Made by a program: the position numbers and the translations under genes. Positions 1-53,124 of a stretch of 64,000 nt of DNA are shown one piece after another. The stretch spans positions 12,373,651 to 12,437,650 of the forward strand of contig CAVNZM010000003.1 in NCBI GenBank assembly GCA_963693365.1, in the 5' to 3' direction. The notes below the pieces were generated by a model, which was not told the DNA's origin, searched no databases, and worked only from the letters and a program-made list of their open reading frames with translations. This DNA comes from Amoebidium appalachense (Eukaryota; Protista; Ichthyosporea). Numbering within the stretch: the first letter of the stretch is position 1; every line of letters begins with the position of its first letter.

Positions 1-170
1 CTCGCCAATGGCGAATCGTGATCCAGGTTTAGCATATCGGAGGGAGAGGAGAGGGGTTCGTGCTTGAAAAGACCCGCCCCAGTGGCCATACCGGAAGCGT
101 AGGAGAGAGGGGGTGTGGGGGAGGGTTGAGTCATGAAGGGAAGAATGAGAGCTGTCGTTTGCGTGGATAC

Positions 171-2016
171 TCAGGCTACACGTAGGAGGGGAGAGCGATG
201 GGGACCCATCGACCGAAGGAGAGAATCCCATTCCCGAGCCATGTCATTCCCATACCCACCACATGCAATTTGTGGGCGGTGGTGAGATGAAGCGTATCCC
301 ATGTGGTGATGGGCGGAGAACGGGTGGCATGGGGGTGGCGGGCCGTAATGGGGATTCCGTTGCATCATCTTGGGGGTTCCGTAGTGCGATTGGTACCCCC
401 CATAGGGACCATAACGAGGGTCATCTTCCATGCCTCCGTAGCCGGGGCGCCCGTACATGCCTTCGCCGACTGCAAGGGAATGGAGATTGGGTTCGCTACC
501 GTACGCAGACATTCCCATGCGGTGGGCGAGACCCATCATTGCCGAATCGTCCACGGCACGCATGGTACCAAACACGTGATGCTGGCCCATGCTCACTTCC
601 TGTCTGCGCTGCATCAGGTAAGGGTCCAACTGGTGGCTCTGGGGTGACTGTTGGTACCCTACTGCGGTGTGTAGCGGAGAAAAGTTCTTGGCACCCCCCG
701 CTGGCAATTTTCCGGCCTTGGCCAGTGCGCAAATTGCGATTCCGGGGTCTGTTTCCATAATTGTTGGCATATCCGCCACAGCCCCTGAAAGAGCCCCCCC
801 TGTCGGGCAGCTTACGGCACGCTTCCGTGGCGGTTTCGAAGCCGGCCCACTAGATGGGGTTTCCTGAACATTGGAAATTGAGTCGTACCCCCTTTTGATA
901 CCCCCCACCGCACTTGAAACCACGTGCGGGGAGACTCCGAAGGTGCTAGCATGTTGATATGTGGGTGGGCCCCCGTATTGGGCGAGTGGATGGCCGGGCG
1001 GGAGGTGATGAGCCATGGTGGCTGGGTAACCTGTGATAGGGGATGGGGGAATGCCGAAGGGGTCTCCGGGCCTACACTTGACGATGCGAATTGCGCGGGG
1101 GTCATTGTCGGGGCGGATGTTGTTGTGCTTGAGTCGAATGTGATTCTGTGCAGACACGGTCAGTCTCGGCAAAAAAATCACATCCTAATGGTAAGCAAAT
1201 GCAACTACTGTCGCTACTTCTTGTATCCTGGCACATGGAGCAGATGGATGCGTTCATAACGAGAATCTACATTGTCAGTCACCAGACAGTATTTCTGCCA
1301 AGCATAATACTGGCAAGGAGTATTAGTGGTTTCGGTGTTGTTGGAAGGTGTGTTTTGGGTGAGTTGATGTGTGAGAGCTGTGGTTCAACATGCATGTCAA
1401 CAATCTCCTAACCCGAGAAATGTTAACGAAATGAGTGTGTCCAAAAACATACCTGCAGGGAGCTTTCAGTAGCATAGACCCTCCCACACCCCTCATGTTT
1501 GCACTGGATGTTCCTGACCAGCTCCTTGAAGCTCCGTCGCTTCCGAGTCTTCTTCCTCTTCCCTTCGGACCCCTCACCACCCGATGTACATGTTCTCTCC
1601 GTGTCATCATTGTCACTTTCCACTTCGGACGAGTCATCATCGTCCGTGTCTCGATCGATCTTTCCTATCTGTATGTCGTTGTTGTGGACTTCGACATTTG
1701 AGCATTCATTTTTAATTTGTTTGGTCGCGTCTGTGTCTGGAGTTGTTGCAACTGGCATTTCGTCCTTCACCTTCGATTGAAGCTTTTTAGTTTGCTCCAT
1801 CGGCGTCGGTGTGTTTGTGGTTTTTCCTGCTTTTGCTCCTACGGACACGGAAGAACCTTGGGTCGGGGTTCCCCCTTGCGGTTTGGATGGCTTTTGAGCA
1901 TGTTTTCTAACAACAGCGGGGGCACACACCAGTTTATCTACATCCGGTATATGCTGGCTTAGAAGGCCGACATGGCCCCTCGTGGTGTCGTGCATGTTCA
2001 CAACCACGTCAGTCAT
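171..2016 (-). CDS. Single C2H2 zinc-finger transcription factor, Con7-like; 2 exons (2016-1453, 1145-171)
   Basis: A GT-AG intron at 1452-1146 joins two long ORFs in phase 0 and completes the finger: KRRSFKELVRNIQCKHEGCGRVYATESSLQ|NHIRLKH. The basic RR..E+.R...C leader resembles the fungal Con7 family. An acidic patch precedes the finger, and the C-terminus is rich in G/P/H/Y/M. Confidence 0.85.
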
Positions 2017-3364
2017 GATGGTGCCCAGCAACTAAAACATGAACGCCGTGAAGTGGACCATTAATAAATAAGCTTATCTGAAACTGGGGGATGGATATGT
2101 GGCGTGTTCAATGACTAAAATGGGCTAATGGAGTAATGAATGAATGGCTGAAGGTCAAAGACCACGAACCGAAGGCCTAAAAGTGTGTCCTTCCTCCGTG
2201 ACCAAATTGTGCTAACAGAAAATCTTAGCACCAAAAAACTCCTTGATGTTTAAAGTTTGGCAAGTAAAGGCCACGTACAACTAATAAATACGGGAAGTAC
2301 AACGCCAGGAAGCCTTGGCTGAGAAAACGAAATGACTCCGGTGTGGGTGTATGTACAAGTAAAATGTCTACACATTAATAGTGTTATGTTGCGGAGTCAT
2401 GGAAAAGGTCAGAGTGCGTTTGCGAGTTTCGCGGCCGCCACTCCCCCTTGATCATGTCAGGTGAATTTGTTGAGAAAATTCAACGATAAAATTTTACAGA
2501 AACAGTTGAACTAATTGTGACTCGATGAGGTGGCCCGTCGTCCTGCCTTGAAGCCCCAAACTGTTTATGTTAGTTCAAGCAAGCTATCTGTCCCATTCCA
2601 GAAGATTAAATCGAAAAGATTTATAGGAATATACGTGCAAAAGGGTTGATATGCTTATTGCGTCCTTTTGTGCTTATAACCGAGTGCCCTGCAGCGGCGG
2701 CCCGCGCGCGCGGCCGGCGGTCGAAATTTCTCGGCCCATGATGCGCATGCCATATGGTGCAGCTGGATTCATGAGTTCGAGGACACATTGCACACAGCGC
2801 ATGCATACGCATAGAAAGTAGATTTCATAAGACCAAGAATGTGTTTTTATTTCAAACAATAACGCCATGACCATTGCATATACTCTCATATTCACCTTAT
2901 GAACCTTCTGCATGCCGGCCTCAGGATCGATTCGATTCAACTTCGAAGCCTTCGAATCAGGTTCCGAAGTGTCGGTAATTTTGCCTTACATAAACCCTGA
3001 ATGGAATGTGCTCTAGGCGATAAATGATCGCCATTCCGCGGAATGCTGAACGGGTTGGCGGTGCCGACCAATCGCTGCGCTCTTACACCACTTGATACGG
3101 CTTGGAGTTGATCAAAAGTTCGCGTTTACTGTTATCAGAATGATTATTTTATCTGTGTCAATTTTTCCTTCGTATAAATAGATAGGCCAGAGCATTATTG
3201 ACACCAGCATCGATGTTCATGGCCTGCATCCTGAACCTACAGTATGCTTATGGGGGATTTACGAGACCCACTAAAATCTGCCATGCATCCGATGTAGGGC
3301 ACGTTTCCCACCAATTGAAAATGGCGCGAATCACTGGAATGCAACTGTACGCCCTGTTCGGGGC

Positions 3365-3758
3365 CAGGGGTTGAATTAAGACTCAAAGCCGTCGTATTTA
3401 CGATTAAGCCCAGGGGGTCAAAACGATAACCTTGTGAGGTGGTGTTTTGGTTCTTTGTAGGTCACATTAGTGTATTTTGGTGTGTTTTTATATAAAAATG
3501 GGTGTCTCCAAGGTAAAAGGTGGTCAGGTGGTTATTTTGGCACTCAGGGGCGGAATATGAAGCCCCGTTTTGTACATCGGGGTGTGTAATGGCTAAAGGA
3601 GTGTAAAATTATCTGAAATGGGTTGTCAAATTTAATAATAAGGGGGTCTTTATGAATCGTTAAATGAGATGAACCCCGCCAATACCATTTAGAAATTCTG
3701 ACATTACGATTGAGGTTGAGGTAAAACGGGTAGTGCAGCCAAAACCCCACAACCCCTG
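3365..3758. mobile_element. hAT-like MITE (~394 bp)
   Basis: Terminal inverted repeats CAGGGGTTG...CAACCCCTG, flanked by an 8-bp near-duplication TTCGGGGC / TTCGGGCC (7/8 match). The interior is AT-rich and non-coding. Confidence 0.6.
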
Positions 3759-4686
3759 TTCGGGCCCCGGGGCCGGGCCATATCGCCGCCCGCGGGCCGC
3801 GGCGAGCTGAAGAAAAGATTATCGTCAGTAGCTTGTAAAACATTCAGCAAAGTAGTGACACTTCTAACATCCAAAAAAAAAAAGAAAAGCCAGGAGTGAG
3901 TGATCTTTGTAGTAAGTGGAAAGCGGAGACAACCTTCACGTTCCTGTGGTATTATATACCTATGGTGCAGGGCTATTGAACGGAAGCCTTCATTTGGTTG
4001 GTAGATTCATATTCACCTCTCCACCAATCAATTCTAAGAAGCAGTTCTTCATAAAATAGCTGCTCATGATTGGCATTTTAGAGATGCCCGTATCAGCGTG
4101 ATGACACCTAGCCACTGTTGTTGCTTTAAATTATCCGAGCTATGAAAAGGGCAAACCACGTAGCCAGAAAGCATCAGCACGTTCCTTCTTATCAGGTATC
4201 ATAGTCTATGGGCATTAGGAAGAGTATCAAGAAACATAAAAAAAAAGTTCAAAACTTCATAAAGCTTATAAATAATTTGCAAATACTACCTTAATGAATG
4301 CAAACTTCCTCTACGGCATACGGTTAATTCACGCACACAGAAGATACCCGAAAATCGGTTCGCTTTGCAGCGCTCTCCGGAATGTAAACAGTGAACTAGT
4401 GGCACCTAGTATACCCAGACCTGGCCCACGGGGTGATCACCATGACAGGGGGAGGCTCGGCCTCGGGACGTGCACGTCTGACAGTGTGTACAGGGCAGCG
4501 AGTCAGCTGGGTCATTCCTGAATCATGTTGTGAATCATCAACGTTGGCGGTCAGGTTGTAGGTCATCTAGTGCACTTCAACAAGTCCAACATTGTATACG
4601 CAAGGCCGGCCATAAACCAGGACTTGGCATTCCCGCTTCTCGGCACGCCCGGATCAGCCAGATCTCTCTGATGTCGAACATCATGG

Positions 4687-9747
<5,061 letters not shown>

Positions 9748-10280
9748 CTATCTCAAATATTGTTTTTGTATGTATGGTACTGTATCGTGGAAAGCATTCT
9801 TAACTACTTTATGGTTTTAAATGTTCTAAAACCGTATATGTAAACATTTCAAAACACATAAAGTCATTACCTAACAAGTTTTATCGTGCATAAATTACCG
9901 ATTGTTTATTGGCTGGATTTATACGGAATGCATGCCTGTTTCAGACCGTTAACCCGGTGACGGAACAACGTCACACGGGGAAGCCTTCACTTTGTCGCTA
10001 TTTCAGGAAAAAAGTCACCGCCTTCCCAGCTTCCTTTATTGTTTATGGTCCCAGACATTTATTTTGCTCCAGGCCATTTTTGCTTCTTCATAATTTTCTC
10101 TATTAGAGCACGATAACTCCATATGGAATAATATACGAAGCGTTAGACTGCATTACAAAACCAACCCGTGCGATCACCTCGCGTGCTTCCACAACTAGTG
10201 TAGCAAGTTCCACGTTCTTTGTGTGGCTCAAATCACCCCAATAACTCTTACAAAGGGAGCCTTACTTGCTACACAGTAAA

Positions 10281-15916
<5,636 letters not shown>

Positions 15917-16008
15917 AAATCTTGTGTGTGATTGAATGGGGAGGGTTAGTAATGCACATATGTTTATGTATGTAACTAGCTAGAGCAAGGATGGCTGGGT
16001 GTGTGTGT

Positions 16009-16039
<31 letters not shown>

Positions 16040-16069
16040 GGGGCGGGGCGAAGGAAGGGTCTGTGTGTG

Positions 16070-16141
<72 letters not shown>

Positions 16142-16959
16142 CGTGTTTGTGTTTGTGTGTGTGTGTGTGTGTGTGCACACCCCGAGTGGGGTCATAAGGT
16201 TCACTTGAATAATGTTGGTCGTTGTGTGGGAAAAACATAGTACCTGTAACATCTTTACTGATGATTTAAAATAGATGCATGTAGGGTGTGGTGGGTTGCT
16301 GAAAACTATCTGTGACTTCATGTATGGAGGCTGAAAAGCTATGTGGGAGATGTAGTGGTGTATGAGCAAACCTAAACACATTGGGGTGATCATATTATTG
16401 ATGGTCTGTAAGGTCAGATCTAAATTGTTCTATGGTTGGGATCATGCAATACGGGTTAAAATGTTTAAAAAGGCATCTGATTAATGGGGTAAGTCCTTTC
16501 GATGTGTGTTCGGGTGGATATGGGGGTAGCCTCGCGAAACAAATCGCACTTACGACAATGGAAAAAAACCATGCACTGTACCCAAGGAGACATCATTAGC
16601 AACACGGGAGGCCCACCACCCCGAGCCTTCCCCACCACCACCACCACCACCACGCAGACAAACAGCCGGCAGACACTCAGACACCTCCACGCACCTGTCC
16701 GCACGCACACACGCACACACATGTACTGAACATGTGGCACACACGTGCGTGCACACACACACTCACACACATCAACTACATTCAACAGCAGTGGCTAGCT
16801 AGGTGGAAAGTTGGTGGTGGTGGTGGGGAAGGCTCGGGGTGGATGCCATCCGTGTACACAGCTTACGTACAGGTGATCTAGAGTGGCTCAGGAAGTGGTG
16901 CAATATAAGCCAATCAAAGGGCGGTATCGATGCATTTATATCCAATCAGAGCGCAGTAC

Positions 16960-16990
<31 letters not shown>

Positions 16991-17398
16991 CGTACATGTA
17001 AAGCTGAGTCAGCCTGAGAGTTCGTGATCTCAGGCGTATACGTATGGCACAGGCGTATACGTATGGCACAGCAATCTTCCGCTTGAAACTCGTAACAGAA
17101 AGGAAATTGGCGTGTGTTTCTTAGCAAGCGTGAGCACGCTGCATGCACGTTGGCCTGTCCATAAGAGCAAATAACACTACTCTCGACGTCCTTTTCTGGC
17201 TTGTTTATATGGTAATATTCGTTCCCTGGTGAATCATTCAAGTGGTACAATTGGTCTGTAAGCTCTATACGTACTCCAAACAGATAGTTAGACCATCCGT
17301 CGCCTAGGTGAACAAAAGCGTGTGGGAACTCCACCATCAGCGCTATTCCACGCACAATCACCTAGTGTTTTTATGATCTCGTTTAGCAGAAGAACAAC

Positions 17399-35132
<17,734 letters not shown>

Positions 35133-35133
35133 T

Positions 35134-35560
35134 TGGGATATGCCATAATATTTATTATATGGGATATACCGTCGTATGTATTATATGGGATATACCGTCG
35201 TATTTATTATATGGGATATACCGTCGTATTTATTATATGGGATATACCATCGTATTTATCATATGGGATATATCTTCGTATTTATTATATGGGATACGCC
35301 GTCGTATTTAATATAAGGGATATATCGTCGGGTATATTGTGTGGGATACACCGTGGGACATATTGTATGGGATAAGCTGCGGGATAGACTGTGTAGGGAT
35401 ATAGCATGTGATATATCATATGGAATATGCGGTTGGGTATATTGTGTGTGATATACCATGGGATCTATCATACGGGACATACGGCCTGCTGATAATTGCA
35501 TGGGTTACACCATGGGATATACCTGTACATGAAATAGCATGGGATATCATGTGGGATAGA
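35134..35560. repeat. ~26-bp minisatellite (TGGGATATACCGTCGTATTTATTATA), decaying 3'-ward
   Basis: About 7 well-conserved units start 2 nt after the B3GLCT stop codon, followed by degenerate GGGATA-containing units. Confidence 0.85.
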
Positions 35561-36264
35561 TCACATGAGTAATAGTATCCGGCCCGTTCACAGTGCACTA
35601 GTTGCTATAATAGGATGTTTTCTCGATTCCCGGGATGGGCCCAGATCGATATCCTCGTTTTATGAGGCCAGCATATAGGGGCACCGGTATTATAGCAAAA
35701 GGGCTGAAGGGCCTTCTTTAACGATATGGGGCTTTAAGGCCTCTATATACGTAAATACTTGCAAAATGAATGTTAATTACATTTATTGACAGCATTTAAC
35801 TGAACACTTGATACAAGTTTTTCTAGAATTTGTGTAAGGTTTTGTGGATTTCGAAGTAACACCTGCACCGTGTGCCGGACGGTACATAGGGCATTTAGGA
35901 TAGGCACGGCTATAAATAGTTAAAAAAAAAAAAAAAAGTTTTATAAAAAATGAATAAGTAGTCCCCTAAAAGTTCGAAGTAAATAACTGGCTTGCAAGAG
36001 CCCAGTGTGGCTACTATGGTATATATCTTTCGGCTACATGTCCAAATCACTACAAACCTAGCCTTATACATGCACCGTACGTATACATGCTGCCACGGCA
36101 TATTATGCGCATGCGCACACATGTGAACGGGAGTTAATTAGTTATCCGACACGTACAGTGGCAACTCTGGAGATACAACCGGCATGCGCATGCGGCGGTG
36201 CTGCAGTTGGTGGTGTGTTGTGTTAAGTTGTACATATGTTCCGAGGGAGAGGGGGGGAGGAGAG

Positions 36265-36310
<46 letters not shown>

Positions 36311-36371
36311 GGGGGGAGGGCGAGTGTGATGTGTGTGGGGTGGGGAGCCTCCCGGGGTTTTTTTTTTTTTT

Positions 36372-36418
<47 letters not shown>

Positions 36419-36536
36419 TGAATGTGATTGCATATGCGCACTGAGAGAAATCCCCGTCACAGCGGGATATCATATGCACAAAGTGGGAGGAACACGTTGA
36501 GAGACTCAGAGAGTCTACGTATCCACCGGATCCGGA

Positions 36537-36585
36537 CTAGTAAAGCCCGCGCTTAGTTGTCATCAGTTCCGCCCCTGTGTATGTG

Positions 36586-36638
<53 letters not shown>

Positions 36639-36995
36639 TGTGTGTGTGTGTGTGTTTGTGTTTGTGTGTGTGTTGTGTGTGTGTGTGTGTTTTATGTGTG
36701 TTGTGTGTGTGTGTGTGTTTTGTGACTGTGTTGTGTGTGTGTGTGTACATTACGCTCTGTGCACGCGTGTACACGTGCATTCAGGTGAGCGTGGGCACGA
36801 ATGTGTGTGTCGGTGTGTGTGGGTGCACATGCGTGTTGCATTTATGGGGGTGATATTTTTTTGTGTGTGTGTGTGTGTGTACACGTGTGTGTGTGTGTGT
36901 GTGTACACGTGTGTTTGTGTGTGTGTGTGTGTACAGTGTGTGTGTGTGTGTGTGTGTGTACAGTGTGTACAGTGTGTGTGTGTGTGTGTGTGTGT

Positions 36996-37037
<42 letters not shown>

Positions 37038-37368
37038 GTGTACACGTGTGTGTGTGTGTGTGTGTGTGTGTACAGTGTGTGTGTGTGTGTGTGTACACGT
37101 GTGTGTGTGTGTGTGTGTGCGTGTGTGTGTGTATATGTATGTGTGTACACGTGTGTGTGTGTGTGTGTGCGTGTGTACAATGTGTGTGTGTGTGTGTGTA
37201 CACGTGTGTGTGTGTACAGTGTGTACAGTATGTGTGTGTGTGTGTGTGTGTGTGTACACGTGTGTGTGTGTGTGTGTGTACACACGTGTGTGTGTGTGTG
37301 TGTGTGTGTGCGTGTGTGTGTGTACACGTGTGTGTGTGTGTGTACACGTGTGTGTGTGTGTGTGTGTA

Positions 37369-37409
<41 letters not shown>

Positions 37410-37459
37410 GTGTGTGTGTACACGTGTGTGTTTGTGTGTGTGTCTGTGTACAGTGTGTA

Positions 37460-37540
<81 letters not shown>

Positions 37541-37903
37541 GGCGCGGGGGTGGGGGGGGTGGGGGGGGGATGTATGCATTAGAGGGTTGGAAAAATGGAG
37601 AAGAAACCAAAAGACAAAACACAAAACGTCAAAAGAAGGAAATTCCGAAACCAAACAATAAAAAAATGGAACAAATTTTGGAAAGAGTGCAGGCAGAAGA
37701 CACTTGAACAGAGCCCATCATCAGGCTGGTTTCTATGCCTCCATAAACGGGGTGTCAGACTGCAGGAGATCACACACGAACAGTGCGTACATATAGGTGG
37801 CATGGGTCCTTCAGGTATTATTTCGGTCACACCCGGTGGATGCACTGTAACAGGTGCCGGGCGGTTGTGTGTGTGTGTGTGTGTGTGTGCGCGTGTGTGT
37901 TTT

Positions 37904-37957
<54 letters not shown>

Positions 37958-38180
37958 GGGGGGGGGAGACTTCGGAAGTCGAGACACTATGATAAATCAT
38001 ATGAACAAAACGAGTATATGTTGCAGTGAATCGAGATTACAGAGCAACCCCCCCCCCCCACACACACACACACAACACCACCAACACCATAACTACCGCC
38101 TACACAGGCCTTCCCCCCTCCCCAAAATACACACACACACACACACACAAACCCCTCTTCCTTCGGTATGAACATTTGGG

Positions 38181-38224
<44 letters not shown>

Positions 38225-38396
38225 GGGGGGGGGGGGGGGGGGGGGGGGGGGATTGTGTGTGCGTGAACTATTATCATGTTACATGTTGAATGCTTTGTGT
38301 ACATAAAAAAAAAATGCCAACGCTAACACTCTACCGTAAACCGTCTGGGTTTCACACCCGATTTGCACCCGTGGTTCAGCCACATAACCTCCGGGG
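36537..38396 (-). CDS. Possible small multi-exon hypothetical gene (3' exons only)
   Basis: AG/GT-bounded islands 38396-38335, 37844-37791 and 36574-36537 join in phase: ...PGGYVAEPRVQIGCETQTVYVHPPGVTEIIPEGPMPPIWAELMTTKRGLY*. No start or homology recognised. Confidence 0.3.
36576..37540. repeat. ~1-kb compound (GT)n microsatellite punctuated by GTACAC/GTACAG
   Basis: Seen directly in the sequence. Confidence 0.95.
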
Positions 38397-39040
38397 CTTT
38401 ATTATGTCTTATTGAATGCTGGAATACCGATTAGGGTGTTGGGGCAAAACCCGCTAAATACTAAGGGTTATTCTATAAAAAAAGATGTTCACCCTTCGCT
38501 TACATTATCCACACTATGTACATGGCACAACATACATGTTTCTGTATGACACTCAGCGGGTCACCGTGAATGAATGCCCTTTCTGAACCCCCTTTTATTT
38601 TGTTTTGAACAGATAAGTGAGAACTTCTAACAGAAGCCCTCCCTATAGAATAGAGACAAAACTCAGCAGAAGATCAATAAAAACACTCAAGCTCCTAAAG
38701 ATACCATGCCATTTCCCCTAAATGTATATACATTGGGGTCGGAAACAACAAGATCTTTCGTTTTGCAGAACTTTACCTTAGCCACACATAACAAAAAAAA
38801 GCAAATCGTACGTGTGTGGTTGGATGTACAATTCAAGCTTGCCTGCATACACACACATGGGTGTACGCGTGGGAAGAAGGAAAAAGAATGCACCATCCAG
38901 GTGGGCATGCATGTTCGGTGCATGCCCACAACGAATCATCTGTAACCTACAAGAAAAGTTGCTCCTTACACGAATGCATAAACGTTTTTGTATATGCGAG
39001 CGTGTGAAATTCTGTACGGAAATCTTTTTCTCTCTCTCTC

Positions 39041-39079
<39 letters not shown>

Positions 39080-39251
39080 CCCCCCCCCCCCCCTCCCCCC
39101 CCCCCCCCCCCCTCCCCCCTCTCCCCCCTCCCTTCCTCCTTATTCCTTTAGTGGAAAGGAGGGGGGAGGGGGGGGGGGGGGGGAGGGGGGGGGAGAGGGG
39201 AGGGGAGCAATAAACTTGGAGAGGGAGGTAGAGAAGAAGGGAGGAGGGTGT

Positions 39252-39866
39252 TTACATGGGCTCCGTTACTGCGGCAATGGTTGGTTTCTCAACTTTTACA
39301 AAATCCTCATAGCTCATAGATACCGAAATACTGTGGTCGCCAGCGTTGAAGTTGATCAGCCTCTCCTTCTGAAGCAATTCATCGCACCATGTTGGCAACC
39401 CAAACAGCTGCCCAAAGGGAGGAATTGATCCGGGGAGTAGACGCGTGACTTTTTGGACCTCATCGCCATTGGCAAAGCGGAGGTTTTTTCTCCCCGTTGC
39501 CTTTCTCACTGCCTTGGTGGATAGTTTTCTGTCTGCTGGCATGACGAACATGACCCAATCCGAATCCACTCGACAAACGAGAGCTTTCGCCCCGCTGGAA
39601 AGACTAACATTGCGAATGGCCGCCGCCTCGGCGCTGGTGTAGACAGGGGCATGTGTGGTAACATCGTAGGTAATGTTGTGCTCATCTAATAGGTGCCTTA
39701 AGCGAGAAAATACTGTCTCTTCACTGGGTTGCTGGTTGTTTGGTGATGAGAGTGCCTCCGAGGTTGAAAGGGAAGAACGGGAATCTTTTTCACTTGGAGG
39801 AGGTGTGGGTAACTGGAAAGATGCATCATCGGTTAGTGCGGATGATTTATGCTGCGTTGCTGTCAT
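39252..39866 (-). CDS. YbaK/ProXp-superfamily aminoacyl-tRNA deacylase (YeaK/ProXp-y-like), intronless, 204 aa
   Basis: Motifs H.PVYTS.EAAAIR, SGAKALV (conserved Lys), V+PADRKL, LRFA..EV, PGSIPPFG, FNAGDHS.S+.M...DF, with a ~50-aa S/P-rich N-terminal extension. Confidence 0.9.
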   Translation of the reverse strand: MTATQHKSSALTDDASFQLPTPPPSEKDSRSSLSTSEALSSPNNQQPSEETVFSRLRHLLDEHNITYDVTTHAPVYTSAEAAAIRNVSLSSGAKALVCRVDSDWVMFVMPADRKLSTKAVRKATGRKNLRFANGDEVQKVTRLLPGSIPPFGQLFGLPTWCDELLQKERLINFNAGDHSISVSMSYEDFVKVEKPTIAAVTEPM

Positions 39867-40617
39867 TTTTCACAGCTGTATGTATATGTGCGTAAAATTG
39901 TGTACGGAAAAAGGGCGTCAGGGGAGTGGATGGTGAGAAAAGGGAGGGAGGGAGGGAGGGAGGGAGGGAGGGAGGGAGAAAGGGGCAGGAGCGAGCGAGG
40001 GAGGAAGGAAGGATGGAAGGGGAGGGGGGGAAGGGGGAGGGATGCGGGTGCGAAAAGCAAGTGAAGGGCTGGGAAATGACTGGAAAAAGAGCGCATGTGC
40101 ACTGCAAACTACGTAAATAACATATGGCTTTGTGCAAACTTTTTCTGAAGCTGTTGAACAAGTTGAGCGCCAAACTTTCCGGCGAAAAGGCTGTTTCCTA
40201 CACTAAACGATTATTGGTGAAAGTTGTTTTAAAATGCTGTAAACGGTTTTTGGAAAATTGTAAAAACTGTTTTCTCTTTCGTAAACATGTCATGATATTA
40301 CCGCTTTGTACATAGTCACGTACACCTTTTCAAAGTTTCTTGTGTGCCGCCTGCACACAGTCAATAGTGAACGCTTGTATTGTACGGGAAAGCCATGTTT
40401 TCTGAAGATTTTAAACAGTAATTTGAACACACCATCAATGCATTGTTTCCTTTAGTGCACATGAATATCTGCTATTTTGCTTGTACCAGCACGCTTGAGG
40501 CCTCTACGCTATAACCCTACTTCACATGTTTTTGGCACGGAAAAAGGTTGATTGCGAGCCCAAAGTTCGTGTTTCCTTGATTTTCTGGCATAGTTCTTGA
40601 AATAGTTTAGTGGAAGA

Positions 40618-52162
<11,545 letters not shown>

Positions 52163-52594
52163 TGCAGCACCGAAGAGCCGTGGAGGGGTGACCCGGGTAC
52201 CTTTATTTTCCATTCTTTGCTATTTCCTACCTTCCTCCTTTCTTAGTTTCGTTGTTAGTGATATCGTTTGGTAATTAAAATGATGAAGGTTTATCGAAAT
52301 GGTTGTGCTTGAACGGGAACCCTTGTCGACCCATTCCCCATACTCAACTCCTTCCCTTCTATTTTCTCGGAACATTAGGGTAGGAACCAAAAAAACTTGT
52401 GCTCACGAGGGTGGTGGATATTTATTAACAGGTGCTGGCACATAGTAACCGTTTCTTATGCTTCACGAGACGTCGCGTATTGCTGAATAATTTTCTTTGG
52501 GAATTGATAAGCTTAAGCGCTCGTATGTCCTCGTGTTAGCCAACTACAATGAATCAGATGGTATCTGCGTAAAGTATCTGTTGAATGCTTTTAA

Positions 52595-53124
52595 GGCGAG
52601 GTACGGAATGTGATTTGGCGGCGGGGTCCAAAATGATTGCGCCCCGCGAGATCCAAATGCTGTAATCTGGCGAGCTATCGACGCGTAAATTGGGCCATTT
52701 TGATATTTTCAGCAAAAACCACAAGTGTTGTACCGGCTAAATCGGGCAGCGGAATTAGCTGAAACCCAAAAAAATAAACGTAACTTATTTTTTTGCTAAA
52801 GAACGTCTCATCTCTATATTGCCTCTTGTGACTTTTATATATTTATTTTTTTCAAAAACTACTTCCTATTATACCGGCGGTCACCAGCCGGCCACCGCGC
52901 CTTAAGCGGCAACCGGGAAGGGTAGCTTGGGGGGGTTTATTAGTAAAATTTTCGTTTTGCTGGAAACCGATGCCCGGTTTTTCCGGAATAGCACCGGCGA
53001 TTTCCGCTGAAAATATCAAAATCGCCCAATTTACGCGTTGATAGCGCGCCAGATTGCAGCATTCAGATCTTGCGGGGCGCAATAAATTTGGACCCCGCCG
53101 CCAAATCACATCCCGTACCTCGCC
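52595..53124. mobile_element. Second Kolobok-like MITE family, 530 bp, ~165-bp TIRs, TTAA TSD
   Basis: TTAA|GGCGAGGTACGGAATGTGATTTGGCGGCGGGGTCCAAA... and ...TTTGGACCCCGCCGCCAAATCACATCCCGTACCTCGCC|TTAA. Confidence 0.88.

Noticed and set aside
2691-3808. Outer GC-rich inverted repeat (GCGGCCCGCG/CGCGGGCCGC) around the hAT-like MITE
   Set aside because: Only ~10 bp match and no TSD found; it could be an older host element but this is unsupported.
16936-17361. 141-aa minus-strand ORF upstream of B3GLCT
   Set aside because: Non-ATG start, no recognisable motif, overlaps the probable B3GLCT promoter and ends in a poly-A run.
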